A stretch of 64,000 nucleotides of DNA from Cenarchaeum sp. (GTDB lineage Archaea; Thermoproteota; Nitrososphaeria; Nitrososphaerales; Nitrosopumilaceae): NCBI GenBank assembly GCA_963692915.1, contig OY843584.1, positions 1,472,001 to 1,536,000 on the forward strand, in the 5' to 3' direction. The translations under genes and the position numbers were made by a program. Below the pieces are notes generated by a model. The model worked only from the letters and a program-made list of their open reading frames with translations. It did not search any database and was not told where the DNA came from. Below are positions 1 to 9,276 of this stretch, piece by piece. Every line of letters starts with the position of its first letter. The stretch's first letter is position 1.

Positions 1-1
1 G

Positions 2-61
2 CTCAACGTCGGCATGTACGTGGCCGCACCGGCGGCCATCGCCTGGCGCCTCAGACGCTAG
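2..61 (+). CDS. 3' end (partial) of a CFI-box-CTERM domain surface protein
   Basis: Frame 2 reads LNVGMYVAAPAAIAWRLRR*, matching the LN(I/V)GMY..AP + basic tail of thaumarchaeal CFI-box-CTERM proteins. Confidence 0.7.
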   Translation, partial: LNVGMYVAAPAAIAWRLRR

Positions 62-100
62 GGCAAGGGCGCATTACAGATGCCTGGAATCAGTTAGTGC

Positions 101-125
101 TTTAAATATAATTAGCTAACCCTAA
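101..125 (+). promoter_or_regulatory. TATA box plus putative DtxR/MntR-family operator upstream of the FTR1 gene
   Basis: TTTAAATATA at 101-110, then TTAG-CTAACC-CTAA (112-125), a TTAG-N6-CTAA palindrome 12 bp before the ATG. Confidence 0.6.
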
Positions 126-137
126 AGTATCCTGCCC

Positions 138-2258
138 ATGGATATCCCGCTGTGGCCACTCGCCCTCGTGCTTCTCATGCCACTCATCGCCGCGCACGCC
201 GATGCGCCCCTTGCGGCAGTTCACGAGATAGCCCTTGCGTCTGTGGACCTTGCCGCCGAGGGACTAGAGGCCGGCGACGTGGACACGGCGGCCGCACACG
301 CGAGATTCGCCGCCGAGTTCTTTGCGACCCATGCCTCAGGCAACGAGGATGCCCACCTCCTGCTCCTTGACGTCAGCACGTTAGTCTCCCTGGGCGACAT
401 CGAGCGCGCCTCGCACGCCGCCGAGTCCGCCTCTGAGGAGCTTTACCGCGGTGTCGGCACCATGGGTTCGGCCGACCACGTTGAGCTGCTCGCCGTGGCA
501 CAAAAGGCGTATCGCGAGGCAACGATATACGGCAATGTCGCCTCTGCCGAGCTTGCAATCGCGCTGGCCTCGCGCGTGGCCGAGCTTGCCCCCGATGATC
601 GCCTTGATTCCATTGTGGCTCGCATGCGCGCAAATGATGCCGACTATGAGGGAGTTGCCGGAGACATTGCATACGCGCAGCGCACTCTCTTTGGCGCAAG
701 CTCTGTGACAGTGGATCCGGCTCACCTCTACGTGACAATCAGGTCGCTAAACGAAGGCGTGATCGAGGCTGCTGCAGCCGACAACTATGAGCTCGCCGAC
801 GCGCGCGCCGTGGAGGCGTACCTTGACAACTTTGAGTACCTCGAGCCGCTCATCGAACAGGTCGACGAGGATCTCATGCTCTCACTAGAGGTCGCAATGC
901 GCGAGCGCCTGCGTGAGCTGATCGCCGATCGTGCCGAGCCTGCGCTCCTGCGATCGCACATAGAGGAGGCCATACTGCCCGACCTTGCGCGAGCCGAGAA
1001 CCTCACGGCAGATCTCGAGTATGGCGACACCGTGGCCAGCGCGCTTGCCGAGCCGGGAGCCTCCACTGCGCGCATGGGATCTGCCTCTGAGGTACAAAAG
1101 TCGACGGTTCGCACAGAGATAGACGAGATTAGGGCGCTGCTCACCGAGGCGTCTAGGAGCCACAGGGCCGGCGAGTACGAGGAGGCCTATGCCGCCACAC
1201 GCTCGGCGTACCTTGACAGCTATGAGCTCATCGAGGTCCCGCTGCGCACGATCAGCCCCGACTTTACGCTCGAAGTCGAGCACCAGTTCGCCGAGCTGAG
1301 AAACCTCGTGCGCGGGCCGGCCGAGCGCGAGGACGTCAGGGCAATGATCGCCGCAATAGAGCGCAACCTTGACGAGTCTGAGCTCCTAGTCGGGGGAACC
1401 GGCACGCTCGCGCCGGCGATCGCGCTAATGGCCTCCTTTGCGATAATATTCCGCGAGGGCCTCGAGTCGGTCCTCATACTCGGCGCGATACTCGCGTACC
1501 TCGAGGCCACGCGCAACACGCGCTTCAAGCCGCACCTCATGTATGGCGTTGTCGCCGGAATTGGGGCCACGGGCGTGACGTGGGTCATTGCGCAGTATGT
1601 CATCGAGATATCCGGCGCGAGTCGCGAGCTCATCGAGGCAGTCGCCGCACTCTCGGCGACGGCCGTGCTCTTTTATGTCAGCTTTTGGGTTCTCAACAAG
1701 ATAGAGCACAAAAAATGGATGGAGTTTGTAAAGGCAAAGGTCTGGCAGGCGACCACAACTGGCAGCGCGACAGTCTTTGTCATGCTGTCGTTCTTTACCG
1801 TGTACCGCGAGGGCTTTGAGACAGTTCTCTTTTACCAGGCGATGATTAGCTTTGCGCGCTATTCAGAGATATACGTCATCCTCGGCCTCATCCTCGGCCT
1901 CGTCGCGCTCTTCGCCGTCTATTACGGCATGCGCCGCCTCGGGAAACGCCTGCCGCTGCGCGCGCTCTTTGGACTGACTATGGGCGTTGGCGCATACCTC
2001 TCGATAGCGTTTCTCGGCAACGCCGTGCGCGAGCTCCAGGTTCTCGACATCGTCCCATACACGTCGATGCTCGGGACGATACCGCGCCTTGACATCAACC
2101 TCGCAACGATGACGGGAATATACCCGACACTAGAGACGACAGTCGCGCAGATTGTCCTCTTTGGCGTGTATGTCGTGGCGTCCTCGTACGTCCTGATCAT
2201 GCGCCCGCGCCGCGCCGCGCGCCTCGAGGCCATGCGCAAGTCAAGGAGGGACGCATAG
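138..2258 (+). CDS. FTR1-family high-affinity iron permease with large N-terminal extracellular helical region
   Basis: Two RExxE motifs (REGLE, REGFE), C-terminal TM helices, signal peptide, repeated AYLDxxE motifs. Confidence 0.9.
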   Translation: MDIPLWPLALVLLMPLIAAHADAPLAAVHEIALASVDLAAEGLEAGDVDTAAAHARFAAEFFATHASGNEDAHLLLLDVSTLVSLGDIERASHAAESASEELYRGVGTMGSADHVELLAVAQKAYREATIYGNVASAELAIALASRVAELAPDDRLDSIVARMRANDADYEGVAGDIAYAQRTLFGASSVTVDPAHLYVTIRSLNEGVIEAAAADNYELADARAVEAYLDNFEYLEPLIEQVDEDLMLSLEVAMRERLRELIADRAEPALLRSHIEEAILPDLARAENLTADLEYGDTVASALAEPGASTARMGSASEVQKSTVRTEIDEIRALLTEASRSHRAGEYEEAYAATRSAYLDSYELIEVPLRTISPDFTLEVEHQFAELRNLVRGPAEREDVRAMIAAIERNLDESELLVGGTGTLAPAIALMASFAIIFREGLESVLILGAILAYLEATRNTRFKPHLMYGVVAGIGATGVTWVIAQYVIEISGASRELIEAVAALSATAVLFYVSFWVLNKIEHKKWMEFVKAKVWQATTTGSATVFVMLSFFTVYREGFETVLFYQAMISFARYSEIYVILGLILGLVALFAVYYGMRRLGKRLPLRALFGLTMGVGAYLSIAFLGNAVRELQVLDIVPYTSMLGTIPRLDINLATMTGIYPTLETTVAQIVLFGVYVVASSYVLIMRPRRAARLEAMRKSRRDA

Positions 2259-4354
2259 TGAGGCGCGTGCGAATCGGCATTGACGTCGGCGGGACATTCA
2301 CAAAGGCCGTCGCCGTCGAGACGCGAACCGGCGCAATAGTCAGGCGCTCAGTCGTGCCCACGACGCACGCTGCGCCAACGGGCGTCGCCGAGGGCATACT
2401 CGAGTCGCTCTCTGACATCCTCTCTAGTGGTGAGATCGACCCCTCTGAGGTCGAGCTCATATCGCACAGCACGACGCAGGCGATCAACGCGCTCCTCGAG
2501 TCAGACACGGCTAGGGTCGGCATGGTCGCCATGGGAGTCGGGCCGGAACGTCGCGACGTGATGAAGCGCACCGCACTCAAGGACGGCGACGGCTCTGTGA
2601 GCGCCGAGCGCGAGTTTCTCGACACGTCACACGTGCTGACTGCCGGCGAGGTCGACGGCGCGATATCTGCGCTGCGATCAAGGGGTGCTGAGGTCATACT
2701 CGCAGCCGAGGCATTTGGCGTCGATGACCCGTCTAATGAGATCTTTGTAATGGAGGGCGCCGCGCGCGCCGGACTTCCGGCGACGGCCTCGCACGAGGTC
2801 TCTGGCGCATACGGCCTCGAGATCCGCTCAACGACGGCGGCGATGAACGCTAGCGTCCTGCCCACTGCAGCGCGCGTCGCCGGCCACGTCGAGCGTGCCG
2901 TCAAGGGCCTTGGCGTGAACGCGCCGCTCATGATCATGCGCGGGGACGGCGGCGTGACGAGCATGGAGACGTTCCGCACGAGGCCCATACTCACGGTTCT
3001 CTCCGGACCGGCCGCTAGCGTCGCCGGCGCGCTACTCCACCTTCGCATCGCCGATGGCATATTCATCGAGGTCGGCGGGACGAGCACGAACATCTGCGTC
3101 ATCAGGGGAGGCAAGCCCGAGGTTCGCTATGTCACAATACAGGGAAAGCCCACATGCGTGAGATCACTTGATGTCAGGGTCATCGGGTCTGCCGGAGGGA
3201 GCATGGTCCGGCGCCACTCGCGCGGCGTCTGGACAGCCGGATCGCGAAGCGCGCACATTGCGGGCCTGCGCTATGCGTGCTATGCGGATGCTGCCGAGCT
3301 GCGCTCAGGCACGCTAGTCACGATCAGGCCCACGCCCAATGATGAGGAGGAGTATGTCGCCATACGCTGCGAGTCAGCAACATATGCGGTCACAAACACG
3401 TGCGCGGCCAACGCGCTGGGACTGGTTCCCGAGGGGGACTATTCGCGCTCTAGTCCGGACTCGGCACGCGCAGCAATGGAGATGCTCGGTGCGCAGACTG
3501 ACACGCCATACTCGGAAGTCGCGCGGTCCATCATACAGACATCGTCCTTTGGCATAACAAAGGAGGTCAGCCGCATAATGAAGGAGTACTCCATGGACAC
3601 GTCAACGACGCGCGTCATTGGGGCGGGTGGGGGCGCATCAGTCCTAGCGCCCTTTGTCGCAAAGCAGCTTGGCCTCGAGTACCAAAAGGCCGACAACGCC
3701 GAGGTCATATCGTCGATAGGCGCGGCCTCCTCGATGCTCCAAGAGTCCTCTGAGGTGTCAATGGCAAACCCCACGCCCGAGGCGATACACGCAGCATGTA
3801 GGGACGTGCACGCAGCGCTTGTCGCACGCGGCGCGGTCCCAGAGTCAATCATAGTCGACTCCAAGCACGATTCTGATCGTGCGGTCCTGCGCGTCAGCGC
3901 AGTCGGCAACGTGGAGCTCGACTCGACCGGCGCGCCGCACTCGGCCTTTACGCTCGATGAGGCACGCGCACGCGCCGCCGAGGTCATGCGCCTGCCCGCA
4001 GGCCTCGTGGATCTCAGCTTCGAGTCGGACAGCTATCTCGTCTTTACGGGCAGGGCCCGCAAGAGGCGCGTTCTTGGCACAAAGGTCCAGCGCCGCGTTC
4101 TCGTCCTCGACCGCTATGGGCGCGCAAAGCTCTCCCTAGATGACGCGCTAGTCGTGCAGGGCGGCCGCAACTCGATCATCGAGGAGCTCGGCGAGATCTC
4201 CTCGAAGCGCTCCTCTGTCGTCGCTGCGCGCACGTACCTCATCGATGACATGAGGCTAGTCGACTATTCGGCACTGACTGACAGCACACGCGTCATCGAG
4301 GCAGCACGCGCAGAGCTTGGCGACTCGCGCGCCGCCGTGATAGTCGAGGCCTAG
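2258..4354 (+). CDS. Hydantoinase A/oxoprolinase family protein
   Basis: GIDVGGTFT, HSTT, SGPAAS and EVGGTST motifs; TAG/GTG overlap with the FTR1 stop. Confidence 0.85.
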   Translation: MRRVRIGIDVGGTFTKAVAVETRTGAIVRRSVVPTTHAAPTGVAEGILESLSDILSSGEIDPSEVELISHSTTQAINALLESDTARVGMVAMGVGPERRDVMKRTALKDGDGSVSAEREFLDTSHVLTAGEVDGAISALRSRGAEVILAAEAFGVDDPSNEIFVMEGAARAGLPATASHEVSGAYGLEIRSTTAAMNASVLPTAARVAGHVERAVKGLGVNAPLMIMRGDGGVTSMETFRTRPILTVLSGPAASVAGALLHLRIADGIFIEVGGTSTNICVIRGGKPEVRYVTIQGKPTCVRSLDVRVIGSAGGSMVRRHSRGVWTAGSRSAHIAGLRYACYADAAELRSGTLVTIRPTPNDEEEYVAIRCESATYAVTNTCAANALGLVPEGDYSRSSPDSARAAMEMLGAQTDTPYSEVARSIIQTSSFGITKEVSRIMKEYSMDTSTTRVIGAGGGASVLAPFVAKQLGLEYQKADNAEVISSIGAASSMLQESSEVSMANPTPEAIHAACRDVHAALVARGAVPESIIVDSKHDSDRAVLRVSAVGNVELDSTGAPHSAFTLDEARARAAEVMRLPAGLVDLSFESDSYLVFTGRARKRRVLGTKVQRRVLVLDRYGRAKLSLDDALVVQGGRNSIIEELGEISSKRSSVVAARTYLIDDMRLVDYSALTDSTRVIEAARAELGDSRAAVIVEA

Positions 4355-4403
4355 GGGCACGCGCGCCGCACTGCGGGACACACGCCCCGCGAGATCATTA
4401 TAG

Positions 4404-4477
4404 TGGGCCGAGAGAGATTCGAACTCACGACCTCTGCCGTGTCGAGGCAGCATCCTAACCAACTAGACCACCGGCCC
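4404..4477 (-). tRNA. tRNA-Val(GAC)
   Basis: Reverse complement folds as a cloverleaf: acceptor GGGCCGG/TCGGCCC, anticodon arm CTGCC-TC GAC AC-GGCAG, T-loop TTCGAAT. Confidence 0.95.
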
Positions 4478-4603
4478 GCTATGCGAGCGCTCTCTAGCAC
4501 CGACGCTATTAACGTTTAGCGCGGCAGTCGCGCATGGCACCCACATCGCCACCACCTCTGCCCGTCGCATGAGTTAAAGGCAGGCGCAAGGTGCGCCGCT
4601 GCC

Positions 4604-5314
4604 GTGGGCACGGACTTTAGCGAGGCTGACAGGCGCGGACTCTATCGTGCCATACACACGAGGCGCGACGTTCGGTCGCACTTTTCACAGCGGCCCATAG
4701 ATGATGCGGCACTGGTGCGCATTCTCGATGCGGCGCACCATGCGCCCTCTGTCGGATTTTCACAGCCGTGGGACTTTGTCCTCGTGCGTGACGAGGGCAC
4801 GCGCCGCCAGATTCGGCAATCCTTTGAGGGGGCACGCGCCGCGGCGGCCTCTGAGCTAAAGGGCGAGCGCCGCGCCGCATACGAGTCGCTAAAGCTCGAA
4901 GGGATCATGGAGTCGGCGCTAAACGTGTGCGTGACGTATGACCACGCGCGCTTTGGCCCGTTCGTCATCGGGCGCTCGAGCATGCCCGAGGCCGGCGTCT
5001 ATAGCGTCTGCTGCGCGATCCAGAACCTCTGGCTCGCCGCACGCGCCGAGGGCATCGGCGTCGGCTGGGTGAGCATACTCTCGACGAGTGACCTGCGCGA
5101 TGCCCTCGCGCTGCCCGAGTCGATCACGCCAATCGCGTATCTCTGCGTCGGCCCAGTCGAGGAGTTTGCCGCCAGGCCGGATCTCGAGGAGGCCGGATGG
5201 CTCGGGCGCATGGCCCTGCGCGACGTCATCCACTATGAGCGCTGGGGCTCCCGAACAGACCCGTCGTGGGAGAGCATCGGCGGCCTCATCGCGCAAAATC
5301 TGGACTACGCTTAA
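4604..5314 (+). CDS. bluB: 5,6-dimethylbenzimidazole synthase (nitroreductase family)
   Basis: RRDVR, APSVGFSQPW, LKLEGI and IQNLWLAARAEGIGVGWVS motifs. Confidence 0.9.
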   Translation: MGTDFSEADRRGLYRAIHTRRDVRSHFSQRPIDDAALVRILDAAHHAPSVGFSQPWDFVLVRDEGTRRQIRQSFEGARAAAASELKGERRAAYESLKLEGIMESALNVCVTYDHARFGPFVIGRSSMPEAGVYSVCCAIQNLWLAARAEGIGVGWVSILSTSDLRDALALPESITPIAYLCVGPVEEFAARPDLEEAGWLGRMALRDVIHYERWGSRTDPSWESIGGLIAQNLDYA

Positions 5315-5339
5315 ATAATTACGCCCGCGCGCGCGCTGC

Positions 5340-5434
5340 GGGTTCGTGGCGCAGAGCCGCAAGTCGGCGCGTAGCATGGATAGCGCGGTAGCCTCCTAAG
5401 TTACAGGTCGAGGGATCGAAGCCCTCCGAACCCG
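5340..5434 (+). tRNA. tRNA-Arg(CCT) with a 20-nt intron (5355-5374) in the D-loop, position 15/16
   Basis: Acceptor GGGTTCG/CGAACCC, anticodon arm GTAGC-CT CCT AA-GTTAC, T-arm GAGGG/CCCTC; extra 20 nt forms a bulge-helix-bulge-like motif; TATA-like TTAAATAA at ~5311. Confidence 0.88.
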
Positions 5435-5442
5435 CTATACAG

Positions 5443-5946
5443 CTAGGCGCCGGCGAGTTCCAGCTCAAAGTCGCGCTCTATTATGCTCCACGCCGACTCG
5501 ACAGTCACGGTTCCAGACACGGCATACGTGCTGACCGCACCGGCGATGACGGCGTCATAGAGCGTCGCGTTCTCTGCGTCTCGAACCATGTACGCGATCG
5601 ACTTTAGCGGTATCGTCTTGTCTGTCGTAAAGACCACGCGGCCCGGCATCGCGACGTCTGCGGTGGAATACTCGCCGCTGGCGACCTTTTCGCCGCCTGC
5701 CGAGATGCCATAGCTGATGCTCGGTATCGTGAACGTCTTCTCTGACGGGTTTCTGACATCAAAGGTCACCTCGAGTCGCGCGCGATCCGCAATCGAGTCG
5801 ACCTGGGTGACCTCGACGGTTCCGGAGACCATCTCGACGCTTTCAAGTGACTCATTGTCAAGGCTCGCATAGTAGACAAATCCGGCCATCATGGCCAATA
5901 GGCCGCCTATGGCGGCAAACACGGTCATCCTGCTCTGGAGCTTCAT
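5443..5946 (-). CDS. Membrane-anchored LEA_2/WHy-like protein
   Basis: N-terminal TM, beta-rich domain with F.V.NP motif; likely start MKLQSRM at 5946; paralog of 38570..39100. Confidence 0.6.
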   Translation of the reverse strand: MKLQSRMTVFAAIGGLLAMMAGFVYYASLDNESLESVEMVSGTVEVTQVDSIADRARLEVTFDVRNPSEKTFTIPSISYGISAGGEKVASGEYSTADVAMPGRVVFTTDKTIPLKSIAYMVRDAENATLYDAVIAGAVSTYAVSGTVTVESAWSIIERDFELELAGA

Positions 5947-6127
5947 ACGCGCACGCGCGCTGTGGGCGGGTAAAAAAGGCTTGGTCACGGTGTTGGCAAA
6001 ATCGCGCGTCCGGAGAGCCGGCGTGATGACCGGCGCGCCACGGGACCGATGCCATGGCCTACTCAAGACCGCCCGCACACGAATACCGCCAATGGCTAAT
6101 ATTGCCAGTGCTGACCCATGCGCGCAC

Positions 6128-6622
6128 ATGGCAATAGAGCAGGCCCTCCTGACTTGGGCACACCTGACTGCGGCATCCGTCTGGGTGGGGGGAAGCCTAT
6201 TTCTTGGAATTGTGCTCGCGCCGGTCCTAAAGCGCACGGGAATGAGTGCAGCAGAGCGCATCGCGTTCATGGTTCTAGTCGGCAGGCGCTTTAACTGGGT
6301 GGCAGTTCCCGCACTCGCGCTGCTCGTCGGAACCGGCGTGCACATGTCCGGCACGCTCCTGGGCCGGCCCGACCTTCTCCTTGCGTCCGGCTATGGGGTG
6401 TGGCTTGCGATAAAGGTGGCACTCGTCGTCGCGCTAATCGTCACGTTTGCGGTTCACGTCTGGATTGTGCGCGGGAGCGTCGAGGCGCAGATCAGAAATG
6501 GCCTCCTTGACGGCGCCGCACTTGCGTCACTGCGCAAAAAGATCATCGTGCTCGGCGAGGCGATGGTCGTGATGTCAGTTGTCATACTGTTTCTTGCCGC
6601 CCTTCTCGACGCAGGCGCGTGA
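6128..6622 (+). CDS. CopD/DUF4149-like copper-resistance membrane protein
   Basis: WAHLTAASVWVGGSLFL and YG.WLAIK.ALV motifs, 4 TM helices; likely start MAIEQ. Confidence 0.75.
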   Translation: MAIEQALLTWAHLTAASVWVGGSLFLGIVLAPVLKRTGMSAAERIAFMVLVGRRFNWVAVPALALLVGTGVHMSGTLLGRPDLLLASGYGVWLAIKVALVVALIVTFAVHVWIVRGSVEAQIRNGLLDGAALASLRKKIIVLGEAMVVMSVVILFLAALLDAGA

Positions 6623-6656
6623 GGCTTTAAACGTGGGCTGTCGTGCCACGCATCGC

Positions 6657-7160
6657 ATGAACGGGCTTCTTGTCGGGCGGTTCCAGCCGTTTCACCTGGG
6701 TCACATCGAGGCGATCCGCTTTGCGCTGGTTCGCTCCGAGTCGCTCTGGCTCTGCATCGGGAGCTCCAATGCGCCACAGGACGCGAAAAACCCGTTCAGT
6801 CTAGCCGAGCGCCAAGAGATGATAGACTCGTCACTCGACGATGACACGGCGCAGCGCGTGAGGGTCTATGCGATTCCCGACTATGACGACCACGCGAGGT
6901 GGATTGAGGAGATCGACGCGACGGTGCCCGAGTACAGCGTGGTCTATACCAACGACGAGACGAGTGCGGCGATGTTCAGGAGGCGCAGCAGGGAGACCGT
7001 CGAGATAGCGCTCGCCTCGCGCGAGACGCTTGAGGGCTCGAGGATTCGCGCCGAGATCGCCGCCGGCAGGAACGTCTCGGATCTCGTTCCGGCCGGAACC
7101 GCGCGCGTCCTGGCCGGGATAGGCGCGCCTGCGCGCCTTGCGGCCTTTAACTATAAATGA
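6657..7160 (+). CDS. nadM: Nicotinamide-nucleotide adenylyltransferase
   Basis: GRFQPFHLGH, IGSSN and NPFS..ER motifs. Confidence 0.9.
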   Translation: MNGLLVGRFQPFHLGHIEAIRFALVRSESLWLCIGSSNAPQDAKNPFSLAERQEMIDSSLDDDTAQRVRVYAIPDYDDHARWIEEIDATVPEYSVVYTNDETSAAMFRRRSRETVEIALASRETLEGSRIRAEIAAGRNVSDLVPAGTARVLAGIGAPARLAAFNYK

Positions 7161-7193
7161 CGAGGGCGCGGTGGGGTCGGCGGCAAGACCGCC

Positions 7194-8342
7194 TTGGAGT
7201 ACCTAGTTATGCTGCCCGGCCCGACGAACGTTCCTGAGCGTGTCATGCGCGCAATGTACGTGCCCATGATAAACCACCGGAGCGACGACTTTGTGGGCCT
7301 ATACGAGCGCTGCGTTGAGAGCACGAAAAGCGTCTTTCGCACGTCTGGCGATGCCGTCTGCCTCTCGGCATCAGGAACCGGCGCAGTCGAGGCCAGCGTC
7401 GTCAATATAGTCCAAAAGGGCGACAAGGTCATCATTCCGGTTAACGGTGAGTTTAGCGGGAGGCTCGCGCAGATGATAGAGTGGGCCGGCGGCAATGTCG
7501 TAAAGGTGGAGACACCGCCGGGCAAGAGCGCGACGCTCGATCAGGTTCGCGAGGCATTTGACAACAATCCGGACGTAAAGGCGTTCTATTGCGTGTGGAA
7601 CGAGACCTCGACGGGGACGATGATAAAGTACCTTGACCGCATAAAGGATCTCACGGCAAGAAACGACGCAATGTATGTCGTTGACGGCGTCTCGATCGTC
7701 GGCGGCGAGGAGCTCGAGATGGACAAGTGGGGAGTCGATGTCGCAATGACGGGCGCGCAAAAGGCCTTTGCGGCCCCACCGGGAATATCCCCGATATGCG
7801 TAAACGCGCGCGCAAAAAAGCACATGATCGCACACCCTCCACGGTCGATGTACTTTAACCTCGCACGATACTTCAAGTACTATGAGGAGGCCAAGCACAC
7901 GCCGTTCACGCCAGCACTTCCGCTCCTCTACGCGTACAGGGAGGCACTTGACATCATACTCGAGGAGGGTCTTGACGCGAGGATTGCGCGGCACAGGGCG
8001 TGCTCATCAGCACTCTATGCCGGCCTCGGTGCGATCGGCCTGACGCCGTTTGCCGATGAGGACTCGCGCTCAACGGTAGTTATCGCGCTAAACTACCTCA
8101 AGGGTCTCAAGGATTCCGAGTTCCGTGGCACGCTCGCATCAAAGTTCCGCGTTCTCGTCGCCGGTGGCTTTGGCGACCTCAAGGGCAGCGTCTTTCGCGT
8201 TGGGTGCATGGGCGAGGTCGGCCCATATCACGTCATGCGCACAATCTCGGCGATATCCTCAACGCTTGCGATGATGGGCCACAAGACTGACACACAGGCT
8301 GGACTAGAGACCGCGAGCAGCAAGCTGCGCGCGCTCGCCTGA
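7194..8342 (+). CDS. Class V PLP aminotransferase (serine-pyruvate/alanine-glyoxylate type)
   Basis: PGPTNV, ETSTG, DGVS and GAQKAF (PLP lysine) motifs. Confidence 0.9.
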   Translation: MEYLVMLPGPTNVPERVMRAMYVPMINHRSDDFVGLYERCVESTKSVFRTSGDAVCLSASGTGAVEASVVNIVQKGDKVIIPVNGEFSGRLAQMIEWAGGNVVKVETPPGKSATLDQVREAFDNNPDVKAFYCVWNETSTGTMIKYLDRIKDLTARNDAMYVVDGVSIVGGEELEMDKWGVDVAMTGAQKAFAAPPGISPICVNARAKKHMIAHPPRSMYFNLARYFKYYEEAKHTPFTPALPLLYAYREALDIILEEGLDARIARHRACSSALYAGLGAIGLTPFADEDSRSTVVIALNYLKGLKDSEFRGTLASKFRVLVAGGFGDLKGSVFRVGCMGEVGPYHVMRTISAISSTLAMMGHKTDTQAGLETASSKLRALA

Positions 8343-8544
8343 GCGCCAGATGCCGGCTCGGTTCCGGCCTACACGCGCACATGTTGGCCAAAACCCCGTC
8401 CTTGCACCCCCGTGCTGATGACACACCTGCCGGCTCTGTGAGCTCGCCCGCGCATTCCACGGCACCGCCACCAGTCTCTGGTGGGGCAGGGACGGCGCAG
8501 ATTTCGGATCGGATTTAAATAAGGAAGTTTGAGCAGCACGCCTG

Positions 8545-9276
8545 TTGGCATTTGCCAAAGGCTCCCTGGTCCTAGTTGACTATGACGGCAAGGCAAAGGG
8601 AACAGAGGATGTCGTGGAGACCACGCGCAAGGCGCGCGTCGGCTTCGAGCCCGCACCACGCCTCATCGCAGTCGGCGAGGGCTGGGTTCTCAAGGGACTC
8701 GACGAGGAGCTCGCAAAGATGTCAGTCGACGAAAAGCGCTCAATAGAGATACCGCCGGACAGGGCATACGGCCTGCGCGAGCCCAAGAAGGTCCGGATGA
8801 TCCCGCTGCGCAAGCTCGGCGAGGACGCCGAAAAGGTCACAGTCGGCGACTCGATCAACCTTGATGGCCGTGAGGGAATCATACGCTATATCGGCTCGGG
8901 CAGGGTCCAGGTTGACTATAACCACAAGCACGCCGGCAAGACGATCGTGTACGAGATGCACGTCGTGCGCGCCCTAGAGGCCGACTCTGAGAAGGCCACT
9001 GCGATTGTAGACAGGGGCATGGAGGGCATCGGCAAGGGGACGACGTCGACGCTCTCGGGGCAGACCCTTGAGGTCATGGTTCCCCGGACACTGTTCCGTG
9101 CCGAGGGCCTGCAGGCCGCAAAGCACATGATCCAGCACGACATGTTCAGGTTTGTGCCCGCCGTGCAGACGCTGCGCTTTATCGAGGAGCACCGCGCCTC
9201 GCCTCCAAAGGAGACGGTCACAAAGGGCGAGTTCCTCAAAGAGTCTGCGCCTGATGCGATCAAGCCACGCGCGTGA
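8545..9276 (+). CDS. Long-type archaeal FKBP peptidyl-prolyl isomerase (SlyD-like)
   Basis: GEGWVLKGLDE, IPPDRAYG and VDYNHKHAGK motifs; TTTAAAT box ~25-30 bp upstream. Confidence 0.88.
   Translation: MAFAKGSLVLVDYDGKAKGTEDVVETTRKARVGFEPAPRLIAVGEGWVLKGLDEELAKMSVDEKRSIEIPPDRAYGLREPKKVRMIPLRKLGEDAEKVTVGDSINLDGREGIIRYIGSGRVQVDYNHKHAGKTIVYEMHVVRALEADSEKATAIVDRGMEGIGKGTTSTLSGQTLEVMVPRTLFRAEGLQAAKHMIQHDMFRFVPAVQTLRFIEEHRASPPKETVTKGEFLKESAPDAIKPRA

Noticed and set aside
8343-8500. RNase P RNA, SRP RNA, 5S rRNA or cobalamin riboswitch
   Set aside because: Too short for RNase P or SRP RNA, and the hallmark motifs (GAGGAA.GUCC; GGAAGGGAGCA; 5S CCGAAC loop; B12 box) are absent. Kept only as an unassigned structured element.
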